Notes: generated by a model not told the origin, from the sequence alone. A DNA stretch of 63,991 nt, filler included, from Hausera hauseri (GCA_046269625.1; 13 parts of 13 records of this genome joined end to end with filler, not necessarily neighbours in it), one strand, 5' to 3'; numbered from the whole stretch's first letter, positions 51,295-63,991 are shown. Numbers and translations are program-made.

Positions 51295-52230
51295 GATAAT
51301 TCTCCCACTAATAAGGATCAGTTAGTGAATATTGCCGATTATATCGCTACCCGAGATAACTTTCTATTCTATCTAACTCAAAACAATCGAAGAAATATAT
51401 TAGGAGACAATTCAAAAATTTTAGAGTGAATTTCGAAACTCTAAGAAATCGCCTGGCCATTTATGCATCCAACCCAGAGGTGATCACAATAACCCTTCCT
51501 TTTGGTGAAGGAATCCTAGGCAGAGTCCTAAACGTGTTATATACCTACAAATGTAAACGATTAGAATTTCCGTTGATTACCGGCACTCCATGTTATTCTG
51601 AAATACCCGTTAAATATAACGAGGAAATCCAATACGTTCAGCCTATTGCTAGAGTGCTCCTGGCATCCCATACAATATCTACGGAAATTCAGAATTGTTC
51701 AGCACTAAATAAACCATTTATCAAGTATGATAATCAAGACATTTGGGTTAGATTACCATATCGCGATAGAGTTATAGAAAAACCAAAGAAATTAACGATG
51801 ACAAATTTAAAACATGCGATTGAAACCAATATGTTTACCGACGTGTTTAAATCCGCACAACATAGTAAAAAATAAATTGATTCATTCGTGAAGATTTTAG
51901 CACATTCCAGACAGAGAGAACAAATAGTTAATCGCGGAATACACTGAGTAATCGACGACACAGCCGGAGAAGGAAATTTGGATTGATTATGGACACCTGA
52001 TGCCTATACTAAAATCGTTTTAAATTTATGGTATAAAATGTGGGGAGGATTCTTCAAATTTTGCCAAGTAGCTTCAGGGTTTCTGGCCATATACTTCATT
52101 ATACAAACCTTGAAAGTTTGTGTTAACTCTGTATTAAATGCCTATGAGATTTACAACCTAACGGGATTGTCACTGAGCATAATAGGAGCTCTATTTTCCC
52201 CACTTGGACAATTTATTAAGGCATATCATG
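51295..52230 (+). pseudogene. env: C-terminal half of chuvirus-like/gB-type glycoprotein (env)
   Basis: VLYTYKC...PCYSEIPV...VQPIARVL...C...W...WGGFFKFCQVASGFLAIYFII...AYEIYNLTGLSLSIIGALF (two hydrophobic segments). Confidence 0.8.
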
Positions 52231-52733
52231 AGAAACAATGGCGAGGTAAATTAAAAAAACATGTCGACTATAAATCAGAGAAACAATTTCCTAAGGACAC
52301 CTCATCAAGTTCAGGTGACAGCAATGCCCCTAAGTATTATCCTACAACAAGGATTCCTAAGTATACGAGGAGAAAATTCAAGTTTATGAAGCCAAATAGA
52401 AAGGATAAACACAAATTACCTGCTGAACCATACAATAATAAAACATTGCCCATTTGTAAATTACCAAATCTAACAGATTTAACGGATCATTATACAAAAA
52501 GGGAAAATTATATAAAGTTACGTAGCTGACCAAAATACTCTCAGGAAGAGATACGTCAATCCATTATTACACGGAACATGGAAAATAATCGAGTAACATT
52601 ACCTGTCTCACCCAAAATGGGTACGTTATCCTCAATACTTTATCCTCAAGTAACTAGATCAATAAAAACTCAATCAGAGAGATAATCTCATTTAACTACT
52701 TCCGAACTTAACAATAAACAACAGACAACATTA

Positions 52734-55198
52734 ATGCACGTCAGTTGCTATCTAGACTTGATTGAACTCAAGGATAAACTCAAAGTATCAGAAAATGATA
52801 TTCAATCACTGGAGAGTTTAACGGTCATTTTATCTAATAGTACCAACAGACATTGTTCGTCTAGTTACACTTTGATGGAATCTCATATTGATGACCACAA
52901 CGATGTATTAACGTTCCTTGAACTATTACGAGGCAATAGATTACATACAACAGCCAACTTTGGTATTTTTGACTTGAACGCTATGGTAGATACAGGAGCC
53001 AATGTCGCGCTAATAGCGAAACATGCAATTCCAGAAGAATTACAATCTCAAATAAAATTGGCTACTAAAGACTTACCTGGTACTATTTCGGCATTTCAAC
53101 AATGCAGTAAACCTTACGAATATTGGAAAAGTGAACCATGGATTTGTAATGATTACTTTGATCCAAGATGCATTTTAGGTATGAATGTATTACGAAAATT
53201 GGAAGGAGTACACATAAATTTACAATCGGGATCATTTTGTCCCAATAATGAAGATAAACACCTTAATTACAACAAAACAGACATATGGTTAGGACATGTT
53301 GAGAAAATACCACCCAATTGTAGAATGGTTATACATGCTAGCACAATTTTTCCAGACAATAGTATCATTGCGTTTATTCCGAAAACTCTGAAATGGACTT
53401 AATTACCACATTATTGCGTTAACGTAATTGGAGGAACTATTCCATTAGAAATTTTAAACCCAACCCCAAAATATGTCACGTTGTTCAGAAAATCAAAAAT
53501 TGAGCAGGCCCTTGAAACAATTCGTCGTGAGAATTACGATAACAAAGTCGCGACCGTATCTGCCACATTACAAAAAAATGCCGAAGATATATTAAACGTT
53601 GTCCTTGCAAAAGCGAAGAAAAATCTATCAGATGAATATCTAGAAAACTTCTCAGATCTCTTTTTTGAGTATCTTGACATTTTTGCAAAGAATGAAACAG
53701 ATATCGGATGAACTGATTTAATCAAATTCAAATTATCATTTCTGACTGACCCATTAACAGGAAAAGAAATAGATTTGTTGCGACAACCCATACCAAAATG
53801 GTACAATCCTCTAAAAGCACTCCAAAAAAGCAGTTGGGGAACAAATTCAAGCAATGCTCGATAAAGGTATTATAGAACCAAGTCAGTCACCGTGGCCTTC
53901 TCCCATAGTTATGTTCAAGAAAGCTAATACGACTAAAAACCGCATCTGTGTAAATTATGTTACCTTAAATAAACATCTGATGAATCATGCTTATCCGATT
54001 CCCAGAATACGAGATATTATAGATGAGCTTAAGGATTGTAAATATTTCGCAACTCTAGATTTACAAAGTGGATTTTGGCAAATTCCCGTAGAGAAAGAAG
54101 ATTGATGGAAAACTGCATTCAAGACGCATACCGGATTCTATCAATTCACTCGTATGCCATTTGGTTTAAAAACAGCACCCGCATTCTTTCAAGAATTTAT
54201 TCGCATGGTGCTAAAAGGAGTACGAGGTTTATCATACATTGGTGATATTCTCATCGCGTCCAAGACATGGTCTGCGCATTTAGCTAAATTAAAAGAAGTC
54301 TTCGATCAAATTAGACTTGATATATTAAAGTTAAATCCAAAAAATGTGAATGGTGTAAGAAAAAAGTTAGATATTTTGGATTTGTCGTTTCCAACCAAGG
54401 AATTTCAACTAGTTCTGATTTAATATCCAAAATATTGGAATATCCCTCACCAAAAAATGTCCACGAAATGAAAGCTTGGTTAGGTTTTGGAGGATTTTAT
54501 GCTAAATTTATACCTGACTTTGCGGAAATCAACCAGCCTGGACATAAACTTTTAAGAAAGGACCACAAATGGGAATGGACAGAAGAGAACCAAAATGCCT
54601 TTGACGAGATCAAGAAACGAATGGTATCAGCACCTATATTGAGATACCCAGATTTTTCATTACCATTTATTTTGAAAACCGATGCTAGCATTAAAGCGAT
54701 CAGTTATATATTAGCCCAGCAAAATCCAGAAGAAACAACTGAGCACGTAATCGCCTACGAAGGACGTAGTTTAAATAATGCAGAACAAAAGTACTCAACC
54801 ACTGAATTAGAGTTACTAGCTATTCGTGATCGATTGCGACATTACGAATATTACGCTTACGGTCATAAAATCATAATATTTACTGATCATAAGGCACTCT
54901 TATTTTTACGCTGCGACAATAGACATGTATCAAGTCGACTCCAAAGATGGAAGTTGGAACTTTTGAATTATGATCTTGAATATCGATATTATCCTGGCAA
55001 AGAAAACATAGACGCCGATGCGCTTTCGAGAATGCCATACGATAAGATAGTAGCTGCAGTTTATAAACCATTAGATAATGAGAATGATAAACAACTCAAT
55101 GAGAAAAACATTAACGACATGTTACAAGAACAACGCCAAATCCAAGTACGAAATATCGTGACCTTACAAAACCAAGATCATTTTATTGTTCAAATCAA
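52734..55198 (+). pseudogene. pol: Ty3/Gypsy pol (PR, RT, RNase H) downstream of env
   Basis: AMVDTGANVALI; ILGMNVL; SPWPSPIV; DLQSGFWQI; MPFGL; YIGD; TDAS; TELELLA; TDHKAL; ADALSR. Confidence 0.95.
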
Positions 55199-55659
55199 NN
55201 NNNNNNNNNNNNNNNNNNNNNNNNNNNNNNNNNNNNNNNNNNTTAATTAATTAANNNNNNNNNNNNNNNNNNNNNNNNNNNNNNNNNNNNNNNNNNNNTT
55301 CTCTATACAGTAATCTTTTCTCACATTCCAGTAATGGAATATCACTTTCATTCGATGAACTACTTCTCATCTCTCTTCGTCTTGTCACCTGTTGACTCCT
55401 CGCCGCTTCAAATCTTTGTCTAGCCTCAAATCTTTTTCTAGCCACTCGCGTATTTTGAAATGGTGCGCTGGATTCTGATAAGGGTGGCTGTTCTGCTTTA
55501 GGAGGATCATTTACTGTTGTAGTTTCGTTGTTTCTACCAAACTGCGGAAGTATGGGTGGTCTTATAAGTTCATATCTAGAGTCACTTTCTTCTTCCGATA
55601 GTATTTCTATTATACTTCCTTCATCAGATGCGTCTGTATGATCTGTCTCTGGCGGTACC

Positions 55660-58300
55660 ACATATCTTGCTCTACGTCTTCTTTCTGTACTTTCGGGCTG
55701 GCGTTCTTCAGGAAAACCTCTATCATCTTTTCTTAGAAAATCGTGGCTTTCTGACCTGTGATCTGATTTTTTATGAGATACGTAACGGGTCCTCGTTTTT
55801 CAATTATTGTGTATCCCGGAATCCATTTGTTCTGCATTTTTGACGTTCTGTGATGCACGCTATAATATACTGTATATCCGATATCGAATTCCTGGTAGAC
55901 TGTCTTGTCTGCACTTTGGTCCTTGTGTTTTTGGAATGATTTTCTAACGTTTCTGCTTACTTTGACTGAGATCTCATGCAATTTCTGCAGGAAGTACTTG
56001 TGGAAATCATCACCTTGATACCAATACCGTGGCGTTAGCAGATTATCTAGGGGGAATATAGGTTCCCTGCCAAATATCATTTCATATGGGGAAACCTTCT
56101 ACTTCCGTTCTCCATTATCCGTAGAGTCATAGCAGCCATGTTTAAATAGAGATCCCAATCCCTTGGTTGGTCCGTAACATATTTTGTAATAACATCATAA
56201 ATGACTTTATGTTGACGTCCATTGACCCCGTTTGCTCCCGGATTGTAATAGGACGTCGTAATATGCTTAACGTTTAGTTTTTTAAGCGTGTCATTCATAG
56301 CTTTGTTGACAAATTCCGTACCGTTGTCTGTGATGATCTCTCCTGGACAGCCAAAACTCGGAATAAATTTTTCCAATAGGATATCGACTATATTTTCAGC
56401 TGCTTTACTCGGAAGTGGATACAATTCCGGCCAACAACTATATAATCCACGATATGAAGTACATATGCATTTCCGGATGGCGTCAAAGGGTGGGGACCAG
56501 ATAAATCAACACTGACCTTCTCGAAAGGGAAATTTGCATGATCAGGCTCTTGCATTGGATGTTTTAAATGTTCCATATTTTTAGTTTGCAAGCTTGACAA
56601 TTTTTTTATATATTCTGCTATCTCCTTTTGCCTATTAGTCCAAACATACTTTCGTTTAATCATCATAAAAGTTCGATCTCTTCCCACATGACCAAGTTTG
56701 TCGTGATATTGCTCTAATATTCTTGGCTTTAAGTGTGTTGGTATGCACAACTGATATTCGCCTTCTCCATCCATTCTATGTAGTATCTCGTCTTCTATTA
56801 AATATCTTTTCCATCGGTTCACCTTCTCCTCCTTGGTGGAACTTATATCATTAATAATTTGCAATAGTTCTTGATCTTTCTTTTGTTCTTCTTTCGTATT
56901 AATTTGTTCGATTTCACTCTACTCTGAATCCATTTCCGTATAAGTTTTCTCTACTTGTGTGTCATTAGAATTTATAACAGAAATTTGAAACGTATGGTCG
57001 TCTATATCAGGCATGCCTTCCTTATCTTCTAATTCTACATCAGTGTGAATTTTGTCAGGCATTCTCGTTAACAGATCAGCTACTGTGTTCTGTGGTCCAG
57101 GTATATATTCGATTTTCATCTGATACCCCTGTAGATTAAGAATCCATGGTTGTATTCTTCTATTCTGTACATCTGAACGTAACATAGCTTTGAGTGGCAT
57201 ATGATCTGTTCGTACCGTAAATTCACTATTATGTAAGTAGAAGTGCAGCTTTTGCAAAGCAAAGTGAATTGCGTACGCCTCCTTTTCTGTAACTGACCAC
57301 TTTCATTGCGATTTGGTGAGCCGGTGCGAAAGAAAATATATAGGCTTCTCCTTAGTGACTAACTTCCCTTCTTCTGATTCTTGTTCTTCGTTTTGTACTA
57401 AAACCGCGCCAATAGCATACTCCGAAGCATCTGTATATAAGTGTAAGGTTTATTCGGATTCGGGTAAGCAAGTAACGGCACTATTGATAGACTGTCTTTC
57501 AGATATTGAAACGCTTTCTGACATGACTCATCCCAATGAGATCTCGCAAACGTTTGTGTAAGGGCAACAATGGGTTCCGCTATCGCCGAAAAATTTGGAA
57601 TAAATCTGCGATAGTATCCACACGTACCTAGAAAGCCTCTAAATTCCCTCGTAGTCGTTGGAGCACCCATTGATCTTATCACTTGGACTTTCACACGGTC
57701 CGGTTTTACGCATTCCTTATTGTTTGTGAATCCCAAGTATTGGGTTTCTTCTTTTAAAAATTCACATTTACTAAGCTTGAGTCGTACTCTGTGGTATCGT
57801 AGTCTTTCAAATACTAACTCAATATGGTGTAAATGGTCTTCCACTTTTCCTTTTGTAAAAATCAATATGTCGTTGACATACGATAGAGCGAATGACTGTA
57901 ATCCTTCTAATATGCGGTTCATTAGTGACATATATGTAGCCGGCGATCCCGTTAGGCCAAATGGCATGACATTCCATCCATACAAATCTGAATGAGTACA
58001 AAACGCACTCTTGACCTTTGCTTCCGGTGTCATCGGTATACTCCAGAACCCGGATCTTGCGTCAAGTGTTGTGAAATACGTGGATCCATCGAGCATGCCT
58101 AATATGTCGTCTTTAAGTGGTAAGGGAACGTCAACATTGGTTGTTATCGCATTAAGAGCCCTGTAATCAACACAAAATCTGTGTGTGCCGTCTTTTTTCG
58201 TAACTATGACAAAGGGGAAGGACCATTCTGAGTGAATTCGTTCGATAATTCCAGCCTGAAGCCTTTCTTCGACTGGTTTTTCGACGATCTCTACTTCCTA
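55660..58300 (-). pseudogene. pol: Ty3/Gypsy pol (RT, RH, IN)
   Basis: [16 protein letters not shown]; LDARSGFW; MPFGL; YVND; TDAS; TDHMPL; HDKLGH; SVDLSGP; TDNGTEF; GREP. Confidence 0.95.
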
Positions 58301-59202
58301 CTGGAGTACGATATGGCCATACAATTTCACGGTTTTCAACACTAATTTGTAGATGAGAATTAATGAGAAATTGTTTCCGTAGGCAGAGCTAATCTATTTG
58401 CCTGACTGCACGCCACTCTTAGTATATTATGTTTTATATTCAGTGACAATGTTGTACTCGAATTGGTGGCGTGATGTATTCTTAGTGCAATATTATATTA
58501 CAAATAAATGTTTTATAATTAATGTACCAATGGTTCATTTGTTACCTGTAAAATAATTTACTGCTTATTAGCGGGGCATGAAATTCACTGACTGGTTAAG
58601 CATTCAGTCTGTTAAAGACAATGTCTAGGGTTCAGATCCGGGATCAGTGTCCTTCAGTTCACACTGATTTCAAAAGGTAATAGATATATTTTCTCTGGGA
58701 ATTAATTCGGCCATGTGTTATGCCAGCATCACCCTTTCAACATTTGGCTACAAGAAAGTATGGTCTTCTCGCCATATGTGTATGTAAAATCCATGTTTGC
58801 CTAAAGGCGTTTAAAGGAATGTGTCCACATTTTTCCTTGACCCCCCCCCCCCCGGGGCACATGAGTTAGTTATGTTATCCCAAAACGCTAGGCCGCCTTT
58901 ACTTTTCTAGAGAATTTCTCTGGTATCCATTTTTGTATCATGGATGACCCCTTGTGAAGTTTTGGTTAATAAATATTCAACCAATCACAGCCGCGACAGG
59001 ACATAGACCATGTGATCGACAAGTTTGTGTACTGCCCACTACGTCACTGCTGTATCTCATATTTATATGTCTCGCATACTACTTAAGTGTTGTGCAGTTT
59101 TTAAAAATTATTTTAACTAAAACTTCTAAATAAATACGCCTTCGATTTGCTTATTTCTAAAAGTTTTGACAATATCTACAAATAACACAATAACACAAGA
59201 CT

Positions 59203-59310
59203 CCAGATTATCTTAGGAGAAACTGCACCTGGACAAGTAAACGGCTTTAAATATCTAGGTACCATCACAGACGAAAAAGGAGCAACACAGGAAGAACTGG
59301 CAATCAGAAG
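59203..59310 (+). mobile_element. Non-LTR (LINE) RT thumb fragment
   Basis: QVNGFKYLGTITDEKGATQEELAIR. Confidence 0.6.
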
Positions 59311-59416
59311 ACCAATATCAGACAGATTTTTTTTGGTCATTCTTATAATAATTAAATTGCTTGTGACGTGTTGAAATACCAATTATTGATAAAAACAAAC
59401 ATTTGTCTCTTGCCAG

Positions 59417-59556
59417 TGGGGAACAATGTCGCCTTCACCGCAGCCCTTCGCCAGAACTCGGTAATCACTGACAAGGCAATTATAGTATACGATCACGTTA
59501 TCGTCAACGAGGGCAACGGATACAACAAGACAAACGGGATCTTTACAGCTCCCAGG
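59417..59556 (+). CDS. Host exon encoding the N-terminal part of a C1q domain
   Basis: VAFTAAL...IVYDHVIVNEGNGYNKTNGIFTAP, flanked by CTCTTGCCAG acceptor and GTATGA donor. Confidence 0.8.
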
Positions 59557-59589
59557 GTATGACCATCGCTGTAGTTTTATTTATGTCGT

Positions 59590-59903
59590 ATGTTAAAAAA
59601 TATTCTTTCATTTACCACAAAACAGGAACTTATTGCAGAAATTCTGAACATTTGGAATCATTCAATTTCTGCTGAAACATGTTCAAAGCTTATTGATTCA
59701 ATGCCGGAACGATTAGAGAAATTGAGGCTGGCAAGATTTTGCGATACTAAATATTAATAAACATGGAACATAACATGTATTATAATAATCCTTGTAGTTG
59801 TGTTACGATTTATCGTGAAAGAATATACTGTTGTTTGTGCTAAACACTTATTTTTGCAAAAGGTTGAAAATTTAGCAAGTGGCGCTAATTTTCTTGGGCA
59901 AAC
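59590..59903 (+). mobile_element. Tc1-like transposase C-terminal remnant
   Basis: KQELIAEILNIWNHSISAETCSKLIDSMPERL...TKY*. Confidence 0.75.
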
Positions 59904-60003
59904 NNNNNNNNNNNNNNNNNNNNNNNNNNNNNNNNNNNNNNNNNNNNTTAATTAATTAANNNNNNNNNNNNNNNNNNNNNNNNNNNNNNNNNNNNNNNNN
60001 NNN

Positions 60004-61964
60004 ATGATTTGTAGCACAAGTAACATGCTGTTGCCTTAAGCTATTCTTCTTCTTGCTACTTGGACATGCTCATTGTATCTTTATGATGCTGCTATATCTT
60101 CAAGTCGTTTAATGAATTGAGCTGCTGAGCCTGAACCTTTGAATAGAACTGGTTCACTGTCCAGTCCTCTGGCATACATGCAATATGATGAGAGCTCATG
60201 ATATTGGTATGCCGTTGTGCTGCTATGTTTGGGATTAGGACTGAAACTGTGAACTGGATGCAGGATCGCTTCAAAGTCACAATAGATAACTATTGGGACA
60301 TTGATCTTCTTCGCGAACTCCTTAAATTCAATGTAATCCTCCTTGGGACATGCTGGCCTGGTACAATAATTTTTGTTTATGTACATCTTGTGCTCCTTCA
60401 GCTTCTCCACAGCTAACTTACCGCTGAAATGGGCCAAGCATTGTTTGCATACTTCGATTATTTTCTTGTGTTTTGTAATTTGGAATCTGACTAGACGCTC
60501 AAAGTTTTTTATCCAGATGAAATGCCTCTTTTCACCATTATCTAGTAGGAACAGATCCCTATGGTCTTTTAATTCAGCATCACATATCTGCAGGGGATAA
60601 AATTTGTCCTTCTCATCCAATCCCAAGATACTGATTAATATACTGTTGAGTCATCCGAATTTTTTGACTTCATCTATGGATGGTGGGAACTTGATACACT
60701 GGAAGTCATAGTTGTGCTGCACACCTTTATATAGCCAAAATCGTAAAGCATTATGTTGATCCTGTACGAGTTTTGATATAATGGCATACATGAAACACTT
60801 GTTGTCATAAGTATGGACATTGATGCATGCCTTTTTCCTTACGATCCATTCCGAAAGCTGAATATAGAAACTGCACAGCATTGGAGAGTACTTGTGCACA
60901 TACACAAGCAATTTCTTAATTGTTGCCAGAGTCCATCCGCTCTTCTTATCTTGGCTCTCCCCGGCTTCATGGATCAGCTTTTTGTGCGCCTCTTGCAACC
61001 ATTCTGGTATATTGGTGTTTTCCAATATGGGCCTATATTTGGTCTTGAAGGCCCTATTGGATTCTTCGCTATCAACATTGATATATGTGGCCTCCAGTTT
61101 CATATTCACTTTAAGGGTTTGAGCCCCACCATGTTGTCCTGGAGAATTCCCTCTGTTTCTTCCTTTGTATATTACAGGAACTCATGGAGTGTTGTTTGAC
61201 CATTTGTATCAATAACATAGCTGTGGCATTTTCTCTTTAATGTAGCGGCATCAACTGGCGAGTCTTTTTTACTTTTTGTTGGAGCCGCGGCGTCTGATAT
61301 GGCTGTGTCTGATGCGGCTGCACGTTTCAATTCAGTAGTATGCTTCGCAGCTGCTGCACCAGATCCAGCAGCATAATGCGAAGCATTATACTGCGAAGCA
61401 TCATATTGCGTAGCAGATGCATCAAAATTATGTTGCACATTGAAGATAGTCTACTTGGACTTTGATGCGAAGTGACTCAAATGATGTTTGTGATCATAAT
61501 AGAACTGTATGTAGTTTGTACCATATACAATCTCGCATCATGGACATATATAATATTCGATCCTTTTAGATTTGTATCCAAAATACCGCTGCATCGTTTC
61601 ATGACACTGTTGCGGATTATGTGCTTTGGGTGTGCAATAAGCGTAGGAACCGCACATCGGAATTGCATTTGGGACACTTGTTGCCATTGGCATACTACTG
61701 TTGAATATTTCTTTCTTCGATTCTGTGAATAAATCCCGATGCTGTTTATTGTGCTAATTGTAAAATTTCTTGTAACCGATCCGTCACACTAACTAACATG
61801 CACGACACACATAGTATTGAGTCCTGTTGTATTAGTATCCAAAATGATATTGCATCACACTATGGCAATTCTGCTCCTCATGTTTCTGCGCCATGCAACA
61901 TTTGTAGAAGTTGCAAATCTAAACAAATCAATTATTTGAGGAGCACAAATAAGAAACGCACCAT
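60004..61964 (-). pseudogene. polB: Polinton-type pPolB 5' half; close relative of 41392-45103
   Basis: KVNMKLEATY; KKSGWTL; NKCFMYAI; WIKNFERL; VIYCDFEA. ATG at 61964 followed by a 43-nt GT-AG intron (61919-61961). Confidence 0.92.
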
Positions 61965-63300
61965 TCTTGGAAGAGAATTTGGAAATAATGAAATATGTAG
62001 TCATGTCAACGTGCACTGTTTATTTTTATTAATTTTTATTTTAATTTGATAATTGATGCAATAAAACAAAACACGCATGTAAGGAAAAATAAATAATTGT
62101 AATGGTAGGGTAAATTGTGCACTGCATATTGTTGTCAAGGTGTTGCACTTGTATTGCTTGCACACTGCATTTGTACATTTGCTTTAATGCATCAATTGAA
62201 TAAAAATGTTATGTGCGTTAAATTTACTTCATTCTCTTGAAATTCACAGTGAAACAAAATATTCACACCTAAAATTATCGATTTTTGAGCTTTAAATTAT
62301 TCAAATATTCGACTTGTGAACCTATAGTCGAACTTCTGACGTCATAATCGGACTCTCTTCGCATACCTTTCACCTTGAAAATCAAGTTAATTAAAGCACA
62401 CAAACTTTTGAAATTTTCAGTGTTAATTTACTGGATAATGATTCATCGAACAGGCCCATTTTATTTCTATACAATGTTTTGGCACATGGATAATCGTTTA
62501 AAGCTATCATATTCTTTGAAACACATAAGTTGCATCGAGTTTTCAAGTTCGATTATCTGTCATCGGATTCAGATTCTTCATATATGGTTTCCTATCTGTG
62601 TGCACTATTAAATTTATCGATTTCAGTGTGCTTCATCGCCAATTTCACCGTCAATTGTGAAATCAAAATAAGCATCGTTTTAATTACTTAACATTTTTAG
62701 GTACTTTTTATTTGTTATTAAACCTTGTTTTAATACACTGTGGTGCACTGCACTGCACCAATGTTAATTGCCCTATAGGTTTCCACCAATTGAGATTCGA
62801 ATGACGTAATCAGATTCATCGATTAACGTACGATTGACCGAGTTTTCTAGTTCGAATAGCTAAATATTCGACTCGGAAGCTGGAATTCGAATATCTGTCA
62901 CCATATTTCTATTCGGTACATGTGGGTTTCTATCCAGCCCCGCTACTAGATTTATCGATTTTTGCATCACTGGACTTTAAATGCACATTTAGCTTAATTC
63001 AAAATATTGATTTTATACCTATATAGCACATTTTCGTGGAATAAATTTAATGTATGAAGGGGTATTCGGACATGAGGAATCGAATGCCGTTGTTAGATTT
63101 TTCGAAAATTTGATATTCAATAAACTGGCCAAAAAATTTCGAATTTCAAATATTCGACTAGATATTCGCGATCACCATACTCGACTTACTATATGTCCCC
63201 ACTAAATATTGTATCGAACTTTGATTCCTTATGACCTAAAAAGCTATGGAAAGTGTACAGCAGTTGAATTTTGGATCGATATTATTCGAAATCCACTCGG

Positions 63301-63880
63301 TCGATTTAAATTCAAATTGCACATTCACATAGTGTATCGTATTTCCAATCGATTGCACCTGGTCACATGTCATAATCATCAATATTGGAAATATCGGAAA
63401 TCCGATATTATTGATTTTTGCACACTTACGCATGTACTGCGCACCTGCACATTGCATATCAAGATGCATCTCAACATGTTCTATCCATTAGCACTTGGTC
63501 CCGACCAATTCTACCAATCCTAAACCGTACAGCTACAAAAGTGTGAAAAGTGCAAAAGTTCTATGGCAACGGTGCTTAACAGCACCTACGCACTGAGCAT
63601 TTCCCGATCGGTAGTGCACCGGGTAAACTACCGATTAGTACATATGAGATGACGATATTATCGATTTTTATTTTATACCGGAAAGGCCTGTGGGGAGTCT
63701 GTCTCAGTTGCCATTTATTCGAAAACTAATTCATCGATTTAAATTCTAATTGCACATTCATATAGAAAATCGATTTTGCACTCGATTGCACCCGGTGCCG
63801 GGTGCCAATCATTAATATTGGAAATATCGGAAATCCGATATTATTGATTTTTGCACTTACACATGTGCAGTGCACCTGCA
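63301..63880 (+). repeat. Imperfect ~150-bp direct repeat (63301-63450 and 63736-63880) with internal hairpin
   Basis: Shared TCGATTTAAATTC.AATTGCACATTCA and AATATTGGAAATATCGGAAATCCGATATTATTGATTTTTGCAC. Confidence 0.85.
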
Positions 63881-63991
63881 CTGTGAACCAATCTATAGTG
63901 CACTAATGTGCACTATCGATCAGTACTTTGTCACGATCGATTCGATCAATACTGCATCATGCAGCGATCGATTTGTGAAATGTGCAAAAAT

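Overview
This is not a continuous locus. It is 13 separate contigs of about 4-8 kb, joined by 12 identical artificial 100-nt linkers (44 N + TTAATTAATTAA + 44 N). Almost all of it is decayed invertebrate-type mobile DNA: one BEL/Pao LTR element, seven Ty3/Gypsy fragments, four Polinton/adintovirus-type protein-primed PolB loci, and mariner, Tc1 and LINE remnants. There is a little host sequence (a C1q exon, possible LRR remnants). Two contigs look chimeric: one carries Lachnospiraceae-like bacterial genes, the other CpG-depleted vertebrate-like DNA. Most notable signals: (1) a ubiquitin-like domain ending in Gly-Gly|Ser just upstream of Gag in two unrelated LTR superfamilies; the BEL/Pao case also has CCCH fingers in place of its usual Cys/His motifs. 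(2) A chuvirus/gB-type glycoprotein placed after gag in one contig and in frame upstream of Gypsy protease-RT in another, implying gag-env-pol order. (3) Two related Gypsy elements whose Pol runs in frame into a signal peptide, in one case followed by an FN3-like ectodomain and TM helix. (4) Catalytically dead REX4/ISG20-like exonuclease domains in two Gypsy elements. (5) Polinton PolBs with an N-terminal tandem Cys/His repeat and mini-introns, plus a neighbouring SSB-like gene family. All family calls come from reading motifs by eye; no database search was run.
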